Notes: a model not told the origin generated them from the sequence alone. 64,000 bases of DNA from Pseudomonadota bacterium (GCA_021821045.1 JAKACW010000004.1:33835-97834), one strand, 5' to 3'; numbered from the stretch's first letter, positions 13,819 to 23,908 are shown. A program made the numbers and translations.

Positions 13819-16800
13819 TTATTTATAAACAACGCGCACGTGGGGCTCGCCCGCCAGTTCCGCCAGGCGTCCCAACAGTTCGTCGCAGGGCCGCACGTTC
13901 CATTGCGCATCCAGCGCCAGCTCCGCCTCGGCGCCGTGGGTGCGCATCCGCACCCGCACCGGCATGGCGCCGGCGCGAAACGGCGCCAACGTCTTGGCCA
14001 GGGTATCGACGATCGCCTTATCCGACTTGCTATCGGGCAAACGGATTTCCAAGCGCTTGGCATACAGGGCCCGCGCCTCCTCGATGGTCATGATCTTATC
14101 GCCGCTGATGCGAAAGCCGCCGGAATACTCATCCATGCTGACGTTGCCCTTCACCACCAGCAAACGATCCTTGACCAATAAATCACGATACTGGCGATAG
14201 CTCTCCGGAAATACCGCCAGTTCGATGCGGCCGGTGCGATCGTCCAAGGTGATAAACGCCATCCGGTCGCCCTTGCGGCTGTTCATGGTGCGCATCGCCA
14301 CCACCAAGCCGGCGATCAACACTTCTTGGTCGCGGTCGGGTTTCAAGTCGACGATGCGGGCGGTGACGAACTGCGCCAATTCGTCCTTGTAACGATTGAT
14401 AGGATGCCCGGTGAGATACAACCCGAGGGTTTCCTTCTCACCTAACAGGCGTTGTTCCTTGGACCATTCCGGAACTTCAACGAACTGCGGCGGTGCAACG
14501 TCCGCCACGGCGCCGCCGCCGAACAAGTCCGATTGCCCCAAGGATGCATCACGGGTGGCCTGTTCCGCCGCCTGGGTCGCCGCGGTCAGATTCTCCATCA
14601 AACTGGCGCGATTGGGACCAATCTCGTCCAGCGCGCCGCAACGAATCAAGGCTTCCATCATGCGCCGGTTCAAGCGACGCAAGTCGACGCGGCGGCACAA
14701 ATCGAACAAATTTTTGAACGGTCCGTTCTTCGCGCGCTCGGCGACCAAATCGTCCACCGCCGATTCGCCGACGCCTTTGACGGCGCCCAGACCGTATTGG
14801 ATCCGACCGTCGTCGCGCACCGTAAACATGGTGAAACTCAGATTGACGTCGGGCGGACGCACGCTCAGTTTCATGTCGCGGCACTCGTCGATCAGCGTCA
14901 CCACCTTGTCGGTGTTGTCCATGTCCGCCGACAACACCGCCGCCATGAACGCCGCGGGATAGTGCGCTTTCAGCCATGCGGTTTGGTAAGACAACAGCGC
15001 GTAGGCCGCACTGTGAGATTTGTTAAAGCCGTAGCCGGCGAACTTTTCCATCAAGTCGAAAATGTGGGTCGCGGTTTTTTCCTCGACACCGCGCTCGGTG
15101 GAACCCTTGACGAAAATCTCGCGCTGTTTGGCCATCTCCTCGGGCTTCTTCTTGCCCATGGCGCGACGCAGCAAGTCGGCGCCGCCGAGCGTGTAACCCG
15201 CCAGTTCCTGGGCGATCTGCATGACCTGTTCTTGGTACAGAATGACGCCATAGGTGGGCTTGAGGATGGGCTCCAGCGCCGGATGGGGATAGACCACCGG
15301 CGTGCGTCCGTGCTTGCGATTGATGAAGTCGTCCACCATGCCCGATTGCAGCGGACCGGGACGGAACAACGCCACCAGCGCCACGATGTCCTCGAAGCAG
15401 TCCGGTTGCAGCCGTTTGATCAAATCCTTCATGCCGCGGGATTCCAATTGGAACACCGCGGTGGTGGCGCAGCGTTTCAACAGCGCATAGGCGGCGACGT
15501 CGTCCAACGGAATGGTGGAAATATCCAGTGGCGCTTCGTCGGATCGCGCGCGGCGTTGATTGATGTTCTTCACCGCCCAATCGATGATGGTCAAGGTGCG
15601 CAAGCCGAGAAAGTCGAACTTCACCAACCCGACGGCTTCGACGTCGTCCTTGTCGAACTGGGTGACCGTGCCGCTGGCCCCCTGCTCGCAATAGAGAGGC
15701 GTAAAATCCGTGAGCGGCGTCGGCGCGATCACTACGCCCCCCGCGTGCTTGCCGGCGTTGCGGGTCAGGCCTTCCAAGGATCGCGCCAAGTCGATCAACC
15801 CGCGAACGTCGTCCTCTTCTTCGTAGCGCTTGCGGAGGGTTTCTTCCGATTCCAGCGCCTTGTCCAGCGTGATGCCCAACTCGAACGGAATCAATTTGGC
15901 GAGCTTGTCGACGAATCCATAAGGGTGCCCCAGGACGCGCCCCACGTCCCGCACCACCGCCTTGGCGGCCATCGAACCATAGGTGATGATCTGCGCCACG
16001 CGGTCGCGACCGTAGCGCTGCACCACGTAGTCGATGACGCGGTCGCGGTTGTCCATGCAGAAGTCGATATCGAAGTCGGGCATGGACACACGCTCGGGAT
16101 TCAAAAAGCGCTCGAACAGCAAATCGTATTTGATGGGGTCAAGATCGGTGATGCGCAACGCGTAGGCGACCAACGAACCGGCACCCGAACCGCGCCCCGG
16201 CCCCACCGGAATGTCATTGTCCTTGGCCCACTGGATGAAATCGGCGACGATCAAGAAATAGCCGGCAAAACCCATGCTCGAAATGACGCCCAGTTCCCGA
16301 TCGAGTCGGGCGGTGTAGGTCGCTTGATCCTGCTCCGACACGCCAGCCGGGAACAGCACCGCCATGCGCTGGCGCAAGCCCTCTTCGGCCAGCGTCCGGA
16401 AATGCTGCTCCATGGTCCGTTCGGCCGGAATGGGAAAGTCAGGCAGCACGGCTTTGCCCAAGGTCATGCTGAGATTGCAGCGTTTGGCGATTTCGACGGT
16501 GTTTTCCAGCGCCTCGGGCAGATCAGAAAAAAGCTCCGCCATTTCCTGGGACGAGCGCAGATACTGCTGCTCGGAAAACTCACGCGACCGATGTGGGTCG
16601 TCCAGCGTGCGCCCATCGTGTATGCACACCCTGGCCTCGTGGGCGTCGAAATCGGTCGGCTTGATGAAATGCACGTCGTTGGTCGCCACCACGGGAACAC
16701 CCTGCTCGGCGGCCAAGGCCACGGCGTCGTGCAGATACGATTCCTCGTGCTCCCGTCCCGTTCGATGCAGCTCCAGATAAAAGCGGTCGCCGAACAGGAC

Positions 16801-17274
16801 CCGCCAGTCGGCCAAAAGCGATCGCGCCTGCTGGCCATCCGCCGCGAGCAGTGCGCGACCGATGTCGCCGGCGCGTCCGGCCGACAACGCGATCAAACCG
16901 TCGGCCGCGCCGTCGAACCATGCTTTCTCCACCCTGGGTTGCCCGAGGTGCTGGCCTTCGACGTAAGCCCGGGTAATGAGGCGGGTAAGATTTAAATAGC
17001 CCGTCCGGTTCTGACATAACAAGACAATACGATCGGGACGCGACGCATCGTCGGGATTCGCCACCATCAGATCGACACCGGCAATCGGTTTCACACCAGC
17101 CCCGAGGGCCGCGCGATAAAACTTCACCCAACCGAAAAGGTTATTCTGATCCGTCAATGCCAGCGCCGGCGTGCCTTGCGCGACAGCGGCCGCAACCAAC
17201 GGTTTGATTCGCACAATTCCGTTGGCGATGGAGTATTCAGAATGGATTCGCAAGTGGACGAACTTAGGCGGCAT
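13819..17274 (-). CDS. dnaE: DNA polymerase III alpha subunit
   Basis: [43 protein letters not shown] fold; 1151 aa with no intein-sized insertion. Confidence 0.99.
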   Translation of the reverse strand: MPPKFVHLRIHSEYSIANGIVRIKPLVAAAVAQGTPALALTDQNNLFGWVKFYRAALGAGVKPIAGVDLMVANPDDASRPDRIVLLCQNRTGYLNLTRLITRAYVEGQHLGQPRVEKAWFDGAADGLIALSAGRAGDIGRALLAADGQQARSLLADWRVLFGDRFYLELHRTGREHEESYLHDAVALAAEQGVPVVATNDVHFIKPTDFDAHEARVCIHDGRTLDDPHRSREFSEQQYLRSSQEMAELFSDLPEALENTVEIAKRCNLSMTLGKAVLPDFPIPAERTMEQHFRTLAEEGLRQRMAVLFPAGVSEQDQATYTARLDRELGVISSMGFAGYFLIVADFIQWAKDNDIPVGPGRGSGAGSLVAYALRITDLDPIKYDLLFERFLNPERVSMPDFDIDFCMDNRDRVIDYVVQRYGRDRVAQIITYGSMAAKAVVRDVGRVLGHPYGFVDKLAKLIPFELGITLDKALESEETLRKRYEEEDDVRGLIDLARSLEGLTRNAGKHAGGVVIAPTPLTDFTPLYCEQGASGTVTQFDKDDVEAVGLVKFDFLGLRTLTIIDWAVKNINQRRARSDEAPLDISTIPLDDVAAYALLKRCATTAVFQLESRGMKDLIKRLQPDCFEDIVALVALFRPGPLQSGMVDDFINRKHGRTPVVYPHPALEPILKPTYGVILYQEQVMQIAQELAGYTLGGADLLRRAMGKKKPEEMAKQREIFVKGSTERGVEEKTATHIFDLMEKFAGYGFNKSHSAAYALLSYQTAWLKAHYPAAFMAAVLSADMDNTDKVVTLIDECRDMKLSVRPPDVNLSFTMFTVRDDGRIQYGLGAVKGVGESAVDDLVAERAKNGPFKNLFDLCRRVDLRRLNRRMMEALIRCGALDEIGPNRASLMENLTAATQAAEQATRDASLGQSDLFGGGAVADVAPPQFVEVPEWSKEQRLLGEKETLGLYLTGHPINRYKDELAQFVTARIVDLKPDRDQEVLIAGLVVAMRTMNSRKGDRMAFITLDDRTGRIELAVFPESYRQYRDLLVKDRLLVVKGNVSMDEYSGGFRISGDKIMTIEEARALYAKRLEIRLPDSKSDKAIVDTLAKTLAPFRAGAMPVRVRMRTHGAEAELALDAQWNVRPCDELLGRLAELAGEPHVRVVYK

Positions 17275-17277
17275 GGC

Positions 17278-17325
17278 CGCTATTCTAGCCTAAGGCGGTC
17301 GCTATTCTAGCCTAAGGCGGTCGCT
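17278..17325. repeat. Exact 22-bp tandem duplication covering the putative dnaE -10 element
   Basis: CGCTATTCTAGCCTAAGGCGGT twice plus CGCT; each copy reads TAGAAT on the minus strand. Confidence 0.9.
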
Positions 17326-17397
17326 CTTCGCGGAGCGAAAATCATGATTAATTTTCGTTTATTAATCCGCCAGTTACGCATTTTGAGACATGAGCCC

Positions 17398-17424
17398 TCA
17401 AAAAACTCCCCGGTTGAACGATTT
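17398..17424 (+). promoter_or_regulatory. Weak sigma28 (FliA)-like promoter of the first ANTAR regulator
   Basis: TCAAA-N14-AACGATTT versus TCAAG-N14-GCCGATA(A). Confidence 0.3.
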
Positions 17425-17453
17425 AGAGTAGGCGAACTAAGCGGAAACGGAAC

Positions 17454-18056
17454 ATGTCACAACGACGAATTTTGATCATGGACGACGACGAGGAGACCCG
17501 CGACATCCTTACCGCCGGCCTGACCCAACACGGCTTCGACGTCATCGCCACCGGCAGCGCCGAAGAGGCCGTTGAAATCTGCCGCACTCAGTCGCCCGAC
17601 TTAGCAATCCTCGATGTCTACATGCCTGGCGCTTCGGGCATTGATGCCGCGATCGCAATCAAGAAAGAAACCGTGACGCCGTTTTTGTTTTTGTCCGCTT
17701 CTGATGAGAAGGATATCGTTCAGCAAGCGGTGTCGGTCGGCGCGCTCGGCTACATGGTCAAGCCCATCGATATCTTTCAGTTGATTCCCGCCGTGGAAGC
17801 CGCCCTCGTGCGAGCAACGGACATCAAAGCGTTGCGCGATGCTCAAGACAATCTCAGTCGCGCCTTAGCAGACGGGCGCGGAACCTCGGTGGCGGTAGGC
17901 CTTATCATGGAGCGTTTTCGCGTCGGCGAAGACGAGGCCTTTAATCTGCTGCGCCACCAAGCCCGCGAACAACGCCGCAAAATCTCCGAACTCGCCCAAG
18001 ACATCATCGCCGCCGCAGAGAGAATCAACCTCACTCCTCTGCGCAAGGCGGAGTAA
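17454..18056 (+). CDS. ANTAR-domain response regulator (REC-ANTAR), canonical receiver
   Basis: REC: IMDDD, LAILD54VYMP, FLSA, MVKP; ANTAR: AVGLIMERF...EAFNLLR..AREQRRKISELA..II. Confidence 0.92.
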   Translation: MSQRRILIMDDDEETRDILTAGLTQHGFDVIATGSAEEAVEICRTQSPDLAILDVYMPGASGIDAAIAIKKETVTPFLFLSASDEKDIVQQAVSVGALGYMVKPIDIFQLIPAVEAALVRATDIKALRDAQDNLSRALADGRGTSVAVGLIMERFRVGEDEAFNLLRHQAREQRRKISELAQDIIAAAERINLTPLRKAE

Positions 18057-18160
18057 CTTCATACGCGCCATCCGTTATAACGGTCGCACATAAAGGTGGC
18101 CGTCTTTATAACAATTCCAGCTAATGTACTTTTATTGACCCGATTGGTGACAATTGCTGG

Positions 18161-18187
18161 CTAGGTTTTATAAATATGTGCTGATAC
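18161..18187 (+). promoter_or_regulatory. Candidate sigma28-like promoter for the long leader of the second ANTAR gene
   Basis: CTAGGTTT-N11-GCTGATAC versus TAAAGTTT-N11-GCCGATAA. Confidence 0.4.
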
Positions 18188-18316
18188 ACTCATGCGAAAT
18201 TATGGGTTGCACCCCCGTGCGCGCAATGCCGCGGTTACGGCGACGCTCGAATGCGGGTAATGGCAACCCACGGAAAAAAAAATAAACCCTCGGACCCTTG
18301 GCACCGAGAGCGGGCA

Positions 18317-18511
18317 ATGGACCGGCGAAATGACGCCGCGACCATAACCCGAAATGAGCAGCGAACATCAGCCGAACCCCCGCTGAGTTCAATTGACGAA
18401 GGCCGAATCCCCGCCTTATTTGGTTCCGACAGCAAAGAAACGGATTCTTTTTGGGTGACATGGATCGTCGCTGAAGTTCAGCGGCGCGCGGTGTTTTTGC
18501 TGAAACAATAA
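18317..18511 (+). CDS. Candidate 64-aa small protein between the two ANTAR genes
   Basis: ATG preceded by GAGAG; C-terminal DSFWVTWIVAEVQRRAVFLLKQ looks helical; no homology recognised. Confidence 0.35.
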   Translation: MDRRNDAATITRNEQRTSAEPPLSSIDEGRIPALFGSDSKETDSFWVTWIVAEVQRRAVFLLKQ

Positions 18512-18571
18512 CAATCGACGCCGTTGCGAATGGCGATGCTTAATCGCTGGTAGCACGCAGGCGAGGCACAG

Positions 18572-19204
18572 ATGGACATATCGACAATACTGATCATAGA
18601 GAAGGACAACGTCACCCGGCGCTTGATGAACCAACTGCTCACAGCGCGCGGATACGACGTGCTCGAAGCCGCCAATCCGCGCGACGCGGAGTCTCTCGTG
18701 GAGCAGAATGTGCCGCAGCTCGCCATTGTCGAGTTCGCCGGCCCGTCCGCTGACAGCCTGGACGTCGCCCGTACATTGCACAGTCGGCGCGGCACGCCCG
18801 TGCTGGCCAGCGCGACGGGCATCGACGATTTGGACGTTCCGAGCCTCGTCGCCGAGGGCGTTATGGGCGTGCTCTACAAACCCTTCGAAGCGGAGCAGTT
18901 GTATGTCGCCGTTCTCGCCGCGATACAGCTTGGCGTGCGCATGGCCCACGCGCGTCACAAACAATCACAGCTTGAAATAGCCCTCACCGCGGAGCGCAAC
19001 ACCAGCATTGCCATCGGACTACTGATGGAGCGTTTCCGCCTCGATGCCGACAATGCATTCGAAATGCTGCGCGGCTACGCCCGCACGCGTCGCCGCCGGC
19101 TCCCCGACCTTGCTTCGGACATCGTGAACGCGGCGAACGTTCTCAACGGGCCGCAGGGGCTCATCGACGATAGCGGGCTGGCTGGACAGAAAAAGCCCCT
19201 GTAA
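18572..19204 (+). CDS. ANTAR-domain regulator with pseudo-receiver domain (Asp54 replaced by Glu)
   Basis: IIEKDN, LAIVE54FAGP, VLYKP; ANTAR: AIGLLMERF...AFEMLRGYARTRRRRLPDLA..IV; GAGG RBS. Confidence 0.9.
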   Translation: MDISTILIIEKDNVTRRLMNQLLTARGYDVLEAANPRDAESLVEQNVPQLAIVEFAGPSADSLDVARTLHSRRGTPVLASATGIDDLDVPSLVAEGVMGVLYKPFEAEQLYVAVLAAIQLGVRMAHARHKQSQLEIALTAERNTSIAIGLLMERFRLDADNAFEMLRGYARTRRRRLPDLASDIVNAANVLNGPQGLIDDSGLAGQKKPL

Positions 19205-19219
19205 CGAACAACGGCTTCC

Positions 19220-19253
19220 TTGCCGAGCGAAAGCCGCCAAGCGGGCTCGGCAA
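19220..19253. terminator. Hairpin between the convergent second ANTAR gene and rnhB
   Basis: TTGCCGAGC...GCTCGGCAA inverted repeat with inner CCGC-CAA-GCGG; no clear U tract. Confidence 0.4.
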
Positions 19254-19254
19254 A

Positions 19255-19851
19255 TCAACCCAGGGCTGCCGAGCCCATCAACACCTGGCGCACAGGCCCG
19301 AACGACCGCCGATGATGCGCGGTTGCGCCGAAGCGCCGCAGCGACTCAAGGTGCTGTTTCGAAGGATAGCCTTTGTGCTGGGCGAAACCGTATTCCGGGA
19401 ACTGCCGATCAAGATCCAGCATCAGCGCGTCGCGCGCCACCTTGGCCAGAATGGACGCCGCGGCAATCGCCGGCTCTTTTTGATCGCCCTTGACGATCGC
19501 CGTCGCCGGACAAGACAGCGCCGGACAGCGATTGCCGTCGATCAGAACGTGGCCCGGCTGGATGTGCAAACCACTCACGGCCCGTTGCATGGCAAACAAC
19601 GTTGCTTGGAGGATGTTGTGTCGGTCGATCTCTGAAACGTCGCTTTCGGCGATCGCCCAGGCCAGCGCGCGCGCTTTGATCTCGACCGCCAACCCCTCAC
19701 GCTGCCGCGCAGTGAGCAACTTCGAATCCGCGACCCCCGGGATGGGTCGCGCCGGGTCCAAAATCACCGCGGCCGCCACGACCGGTCCGGCCAGGGGACC
19801 CCGCCCCGCTTCATCAACACCCGCAACGAAATTCGAAATAGCGTCGTTCAC
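19255..19851 (-). CDS. rnhB: Ribonuclease HII
   Basis: [41 protein letters not shown]; GTG start at 19851. Confidence 0.97.
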   Translation of the reverse strand: MNDAISNFVAGVDEAGRGPLAGPVVAAAVILDPARPIPGVADSKLLTARQREGLAVEIKARALAWAIAESDVSEIDRHNILQATLFAMQRAVSGLHIQPGHVLIDGNRCPALSCPATAIVKGDQKEPAIAAASILAKVARDALMLDLDRQFPEYGFAQHKGYPSKQHLESLRRFGATAHHRRSFGPVRQVLMGSAALG

Positions 19852-19942
19852 CGGTTCACCGTCCTTGGCTTGGGGCGTAAACACAAGGGGGCTAGTCTGA
19901 ACAAACGTCCACGGCGGGTCAACCGCGCGCACTGGGGCAACG

Positions 19943-21391
19943 TCAATTTTGCTCGACGATGCGTTGAATCTGTTCACGCCATGCGGCGTAGCGCCCCTCG
20001 AGGAGACGATCCGTTTTGGGCGTGAACAGGGTGTCGGCGGCCGCGCCAGTGGGCGATGCTTCCCAGTAGTATCCGGGGCGCAGCAAACATGCGATGCCGC
20101 GCGCCGTAGCTTCCTTGTTGGCGGGTCGAACCACGACCATCGCGCACAAATTCGCGACCCGCTGGCAGAATCCATCCATCATCGCCAGGCCACCGCTGAT
20201 GACCAGCCGCGTCGTGACCTGTGCCGAAGCACGGACTTCGTCCAGGTTCGCGCGCGCCAGAAATACGATGCTCTCCACGGCCGCGACCCAGCGAGCCGGC
20301 CCCGCGCCTTCGCCGATAAAACGGCTAGCCAACGGGGACACCCAGAACGGCGAACCCAGACCGCCGATGCCATTAACAAACAACGGCGGTGACCGCACCT
20401 CGTCCAACCAGCGCGCCGCCGACGCCTGCCAATGCTCTAACCCTTCCACCTCGGCAACCCAGTCGAGCGCCGCCGCCGCGCCATTAATGGTGCCCTCCAC
20501 GGCATAGATCACTCGCTGTTGATCCTTGAGCACCACGCTGACGGGCAATCGCTCCACGCCCTGCGGCCGTTCAGACCGGGGATGCTGAATAAAAGCGCCG
20601 GTGCCTGCGTTCAAGAAAATGTCGCCGGACTTCGGAATTCCATCGGCGAACAGCGCGGCCGATTGATCGCCGTTGATCGCCCGCAAGGGTGGATGCCCGG
20701 GCAGTGCCTCGACCGGTCCGAAATCGCCGACGGTGGATACGCAACGGGGCAGCCAGCTACGCTGCAGCGAGAATTCGCTCAACAGCGCGTCGTCCCAATC
20801 GCCATTCGCAATACTCCACAGCAAGGTTCGCCCCGCATTGGCCGGATCAACCACCGCAGCCTGGGGGCCGCACAGCTGCACGGCGAGAAAGCTGGCCAAC
20901 GGGCCGCAGGCCAACTCTCCGGCGTCCGCGGCGCACTTAACGGCGTCGATATGCTCCACGCACCAGGCCAGCTTGGAGGCGCCATAGTGGGCCGATGGAA
21001 ACATTCCCGTTGTCTGGTGAATGGCCGCGCGCCGCGAAACCCAGCCCGCCAGCCGAGCGGCGGCGCGCGTATCTTGCCAACTGATTACTGGACTGAGCGG
21101 CGCCCCCGTGCGCTTGTTCCAGCACACAATGGACGAGCGCTGGGTCGCAAGACCGACCGCGACAACGTGCGCCATGCGCCTCGAGCCGAGCGCGGCTTGA
21201 ACATCGTTGAGAACGTGTTTAATGGAGGACGCAACCTCGTCCGCGACGTGCTCGACGAGGTCGACGCCATTGCGCTGCGTTGAAATAGGATGCTCGGCAC
21301 TTGCGACACTCTGCCCCGCCGCGTCGAAAACGATTGCGCGGCTGGCGTGGCCGCCCTGATCGAGCGCCAGATACAACCGGGGATCATCCAT
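19943..21391 (-). CDS. FGGY-family carbohydrate kinase, divergent glycerol-kinase-like
   Basis: [49 protein letters not shown]. Confidence 0.85.
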   Translation of the reverse strand: MDDPRLYLALDQGGHASRAIVFDAAGQSVASAEHPISTQRNGVDLVEHVADEVASSIKHVLNDVQAALGSRRMAHVVAVGLATQRSSIVCWNKRTGAPLSPVISWQDTRAAARLAGWVSRRAAIHQTTGMFPSAHYGASKLAWCVEHIDAVKCAADAGELACGPLASFLAVQLCGPQAAVVDPANAGRTLLWSIANGDWDDALLSEFSLQRSWLPRCVSTVGDFGPVEALPGHPPLRAINGDQSAALFADGIPKSGDIFLNAGTGAFIQHPRSERPQGVERLPVSVVLKDQQRVIYAVEGTINGAAAALDWVAEVEGLEHWQASAARWLDEVRSPPLFVNGIGGLGSPFWVSPLASRFIGEGAGPARWVAAVESIVFLARANLDEVRASAQVTTRLVISGGLAMMDGFCQRVANLCAMVVVRPANKEATARGIACLLRPGYYWEASPTGAAADTLFTPKTDRLLEGRYAAWREQIQRIVEQN

Positions 21392-21406
21392 GACTACCCC
21401 TTGGAC

Positions 21407-22759
21407 TTATACTGTGCCGGCCTTAGAATTTTCCTCGCTCCCGACTTTGTCGGCGATCTGCGAGAAATGGGTTACACAGTTTCGCCCATGGGTCTTGCTG
21501 TAGTAAAGGGCCGCGTCGGCGCAGTTAAAAAATTCCGCGGTGGTGCGAATCTCGAAGGGCGACGGAACCGAGGCCACGCCAAAGCTCGCCGTCACCTGCA
21601 GCGCCTCATTCTCGATGGTGAAGCGGTGACGTTCGATGGCGGCGCGAAGTTTTTCCGCCACCACCACCGCATCGATCTGTTTGAGATGCTTGCCCAACAC
21701 CACGAACTCCTCGCCGCCGATGCGGCACAGAACGTCCGAGCGGCGCACGACCTTGCGCAAAATGAGCGCGATTTCCTTGAGGACATAATCTCCCGCAGAG
21801 TGGCCGTGGGTGTCATTAATCGCCTTGAAGTGGTCAATGTCCACCACCAGCAGGCTGAGGTCCTCCGAGTGACGCAGGGCCAAACTCAACTCGGCATCGA
21901 TGATATTCTCGAATTGCCGGCGGTTATACAACCCCGTCAGCGGATCGGTCAGCGATAACTTCTGCAGCTCTTGGTTCTTCATCTTGAGCTCAAGGGATTG
22001 GCGTATCAATTTCTGATTCGCCTCCAGCAGCTTTTTGTCCGCCAGATTGATCTTGGATTGCAGGCGGCGGTTCGCTTCGTTCAGATCATCGCGCAGGTGA
22101 TTGAACTGGTCGGCGAGCACGCCGAACTCGTCATTTGACTGTATGGGGATATGACCAACGATTTCCCCTTGCTCATTGATGCTTTCGCGAAAAGACCGGC
22201 TGATGATAGTCACGGGCCGCACGATGATGAAGGACAGCGCAATGAACTCACCAAACGCGACCAGCAAGATGATAAAACCTTCCCGCACGGTTTGGTGTTG
22301 ACGTTCCTTCTTGATGTCTTGCAGCACGTTGGCCACGCTGAGCGCCACGTCCAGCTGGCCCACCTGCACGCCCTCGAACGAGATATTCTCCTTAAACTCC
22401 AGCGCCGTGGCGGCGTCTTCCGGCAGTTTTCCGGCCTCGGACATGACCGTTCCCTTGGTGTTTTCGACGCGCGCGTAAACGATAAACTCGGTGGTGACCA
22501 ATTCATCCAGCAGGATTTGAATCGCGTGATAATCGTAGCCCAGCACACTGTAGGCCAAAGATGTCGAAACCATGCGCGCAATCGCCGCGCCGCGCTTGTT
22601 GGTTTCCTCCAATGCATTTCGTGTTTGCCGCTGCAACGCGAACCAACCGTTGATGGCCAGCGAAATAATCAGCACCGCCAGCAGCACCAAAACGACTTTC
22701 TGGCGGATGCCGAACTGAAAAATTGATTCGAGGGCGCGTTGTTTTTTCGCTTCAGTCAC
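21407..22759 (-). CDS. Membrane diguanylate cyclase (2 TM, HAMP, coiled coil, GGDEF)
   Basis: TDPLTGLYNRR, DIDHFK.IND..GH..GD, RIGGEEF with RxxD I-site (RRSD), ADAALY..K..GRN. Confidence 0.93.
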   Translation of the reverse strand: MTEAKKQRALESIFQFGIRQKVVLVLLAVLIISLAINGWFALQRQTRNALEETNKRGAAIARMVSTSLAYSVLGYDYHAIQILLDELVTTEFIVYARVENTKGTVMSEAGKLPEDAATALEFKENISFEGVQVGQLDVALSVANVLQDIKKERQHQTVREGFIILLVAFGEFIALSFIIVRPVTIISRSFRESINEQGEIVGHIPIQSNDEFGVLADQFNHLRDDLNEANRRLQSKINLADKKLLEANQKLIRQSLELKMKNQELQKLSLTDPLTGLYNRRQFENIIDAELSLALRHSEDLSLLVVDIDHFKAINDTHGHSAGDYVLKEIALILRKVVRRSDVLCRIGGEEFVVLGKHLKQIDAVVVAEKLRAAIERHRFTIENEALQVTASFGVASVPSPFEIRTTAEFFNCADAALYYSKTHGRNCVTHFSQIADKVGSEENSKAGTV

Positions 22760-22903
22760 GAACAGTTATTTCCACTTTGTTGGACGCCCGCACCGCGACT
22801 TCCCAGCCTGTGCATCCATGCTTGTATCTGATCCGCTTGCCAATTCAGCCACACCGACAGTCAGCCCGAAGGGTGGTTTTCGGTTCGAATTTCACCTCTA
22901 ACC

Positions 22904-22930
22904 GTATCGGACACAACTAAGGTTTATTGA
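22904..22930 (-). promoter_or_regulatory. Candidate sigma28 promoter of the diguanylate cyclase
   Basis: Minus strand TCAAT-N14-TCCGATAC. Confidence 0.45.
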
Positions 22931-23140
22931 TCGAAACATCAATTCCCGGAGTGCCCGTACGCCCCAAACCATGATGCTCGGCGCCATCTACCGCGTTGAA
23001 ATATGCTTGCTCGACCCTTCCCAAGCCGCGTTCCGCCTGCCACAATTACCCGGTAACCCTGCCGTAAAGGTCTATTGGATATGGAAATTCACGCGCGACA
23101 ATCGGCGGCTTACCGGGCCCGGCATGGAAGCAGTTTCAAG

Positions 23141-23908
23141 GTGCCCAAAGTGATCGCTCACCGCGGTTACGCTGCCCAGTATCCCGAAAATACCTTACTT
23201 TCTTTGCACCAAGCCATAAAGGCCGGCGCCTGTTTTGTGGAGTTCGACGTGCAGTTCACCGCCGATGGCGTGCCCGTGGTACTGCACGATGATCTCCTTA
23301 AGCGCACCACCGGCGCCAAGGGCAGCGTGCTGGAGCTTCCTTATAGCGAGGTCAAAACGTTTCAAGCTTGCGAAACCAAACGCTTCGGCGCCAAGTTCGC
23401 CAACCAAGGCATTGGCATCCCCGCCCTCTCCGACGCCATTTTTCTGCTCAAGGACTTTCCTCACGTACACGGCTTTGTCGAAATCAAGACGGAGACACTG
23501 GCCAAATTCGGCATCGAGAAAATCATCAAGGCGTTGATCAAAGTCATCGAACCCGCCATCGATCAAGTGTCGGTCATTTCCTACGACGCGCTGGCCATTC
23601 GCTGCGCACGGGCCATGGGTGCGCGTACGATCGGCTGGGTGCTCAAAGAATGGAACAACGACGTGCGCAGCGCGGCCACTGCACTGACGCCGGATTATCT
23701 GTTCTGCAACATTCGCAAGATTCCGCCGACCGTAGACCAATTGTGGCCCGGACCGTGGCAGTGGGCGCTGTACGACATTGACGATCCGGAGATTGCCGTC
23801 GAACTCGCGAACTACGGCGTCGACTTGGTGGAGACGTCGCTGGTCAGCGAATTGCTACAACATCCGGTAATGCGGCTCGGAGGGTGCTTTGACCAATGCG
23901 CCGCTTGA
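23141..23908 (+). CDS. Glycerophosphodiester phosphodiesterase family protein
   Basis: IAHRG, PENT, VEFDV, V.LHD, VEIK; start uncertain (23075/23141/23150). Confidence 0.9.
   Translation: MPKVIAHRGYAAQYPENTLLSLHQAIKAGACFVEFDVQFTADGVPVVLHDDLLKRTTGAKGSVLELPYSEVKTFQACETKRFGAKFANQGIGIPALSDAIFLLKDFPHVHGFVEIKTETLAKFGIEKIIKALIKVIEPAIDQVSVISYDALAIRCARAMGARTIGWVLKEWNNDVRSAATALTPDYLFCNIRKIPPTVDQLWPGPWQWALYDIDDPEIAVELANYGVDLVETSLVSELLQHPVMRLGGCFDQCAA

Noticed and set aside
14452-16995. 847-aa plus-strand ORF
   Set aside because: Antisense shadow of dnaE caused by GC-rich codon bias; no recognisable motifs. The same applies to most other overlapping ORFs in the track.
18268-18466. CsrB/RsmY-like sRNA (four ANGGA motifs)
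   Set aside because: The motifs are sparse, not clearly in hairpin loops, and no terminator follows
19852-20175. N-terminal extension of RNase HII in the ORF track
   Set aside because: Overlaps the kinase 3' end; homology begins at the GTG at 19851
22926-22942. FNR box (TTGAT...ATCAA)
   Set aside because: Spacer is 6 nt rather than the required 4; it may bind another factor but cannot be assigned
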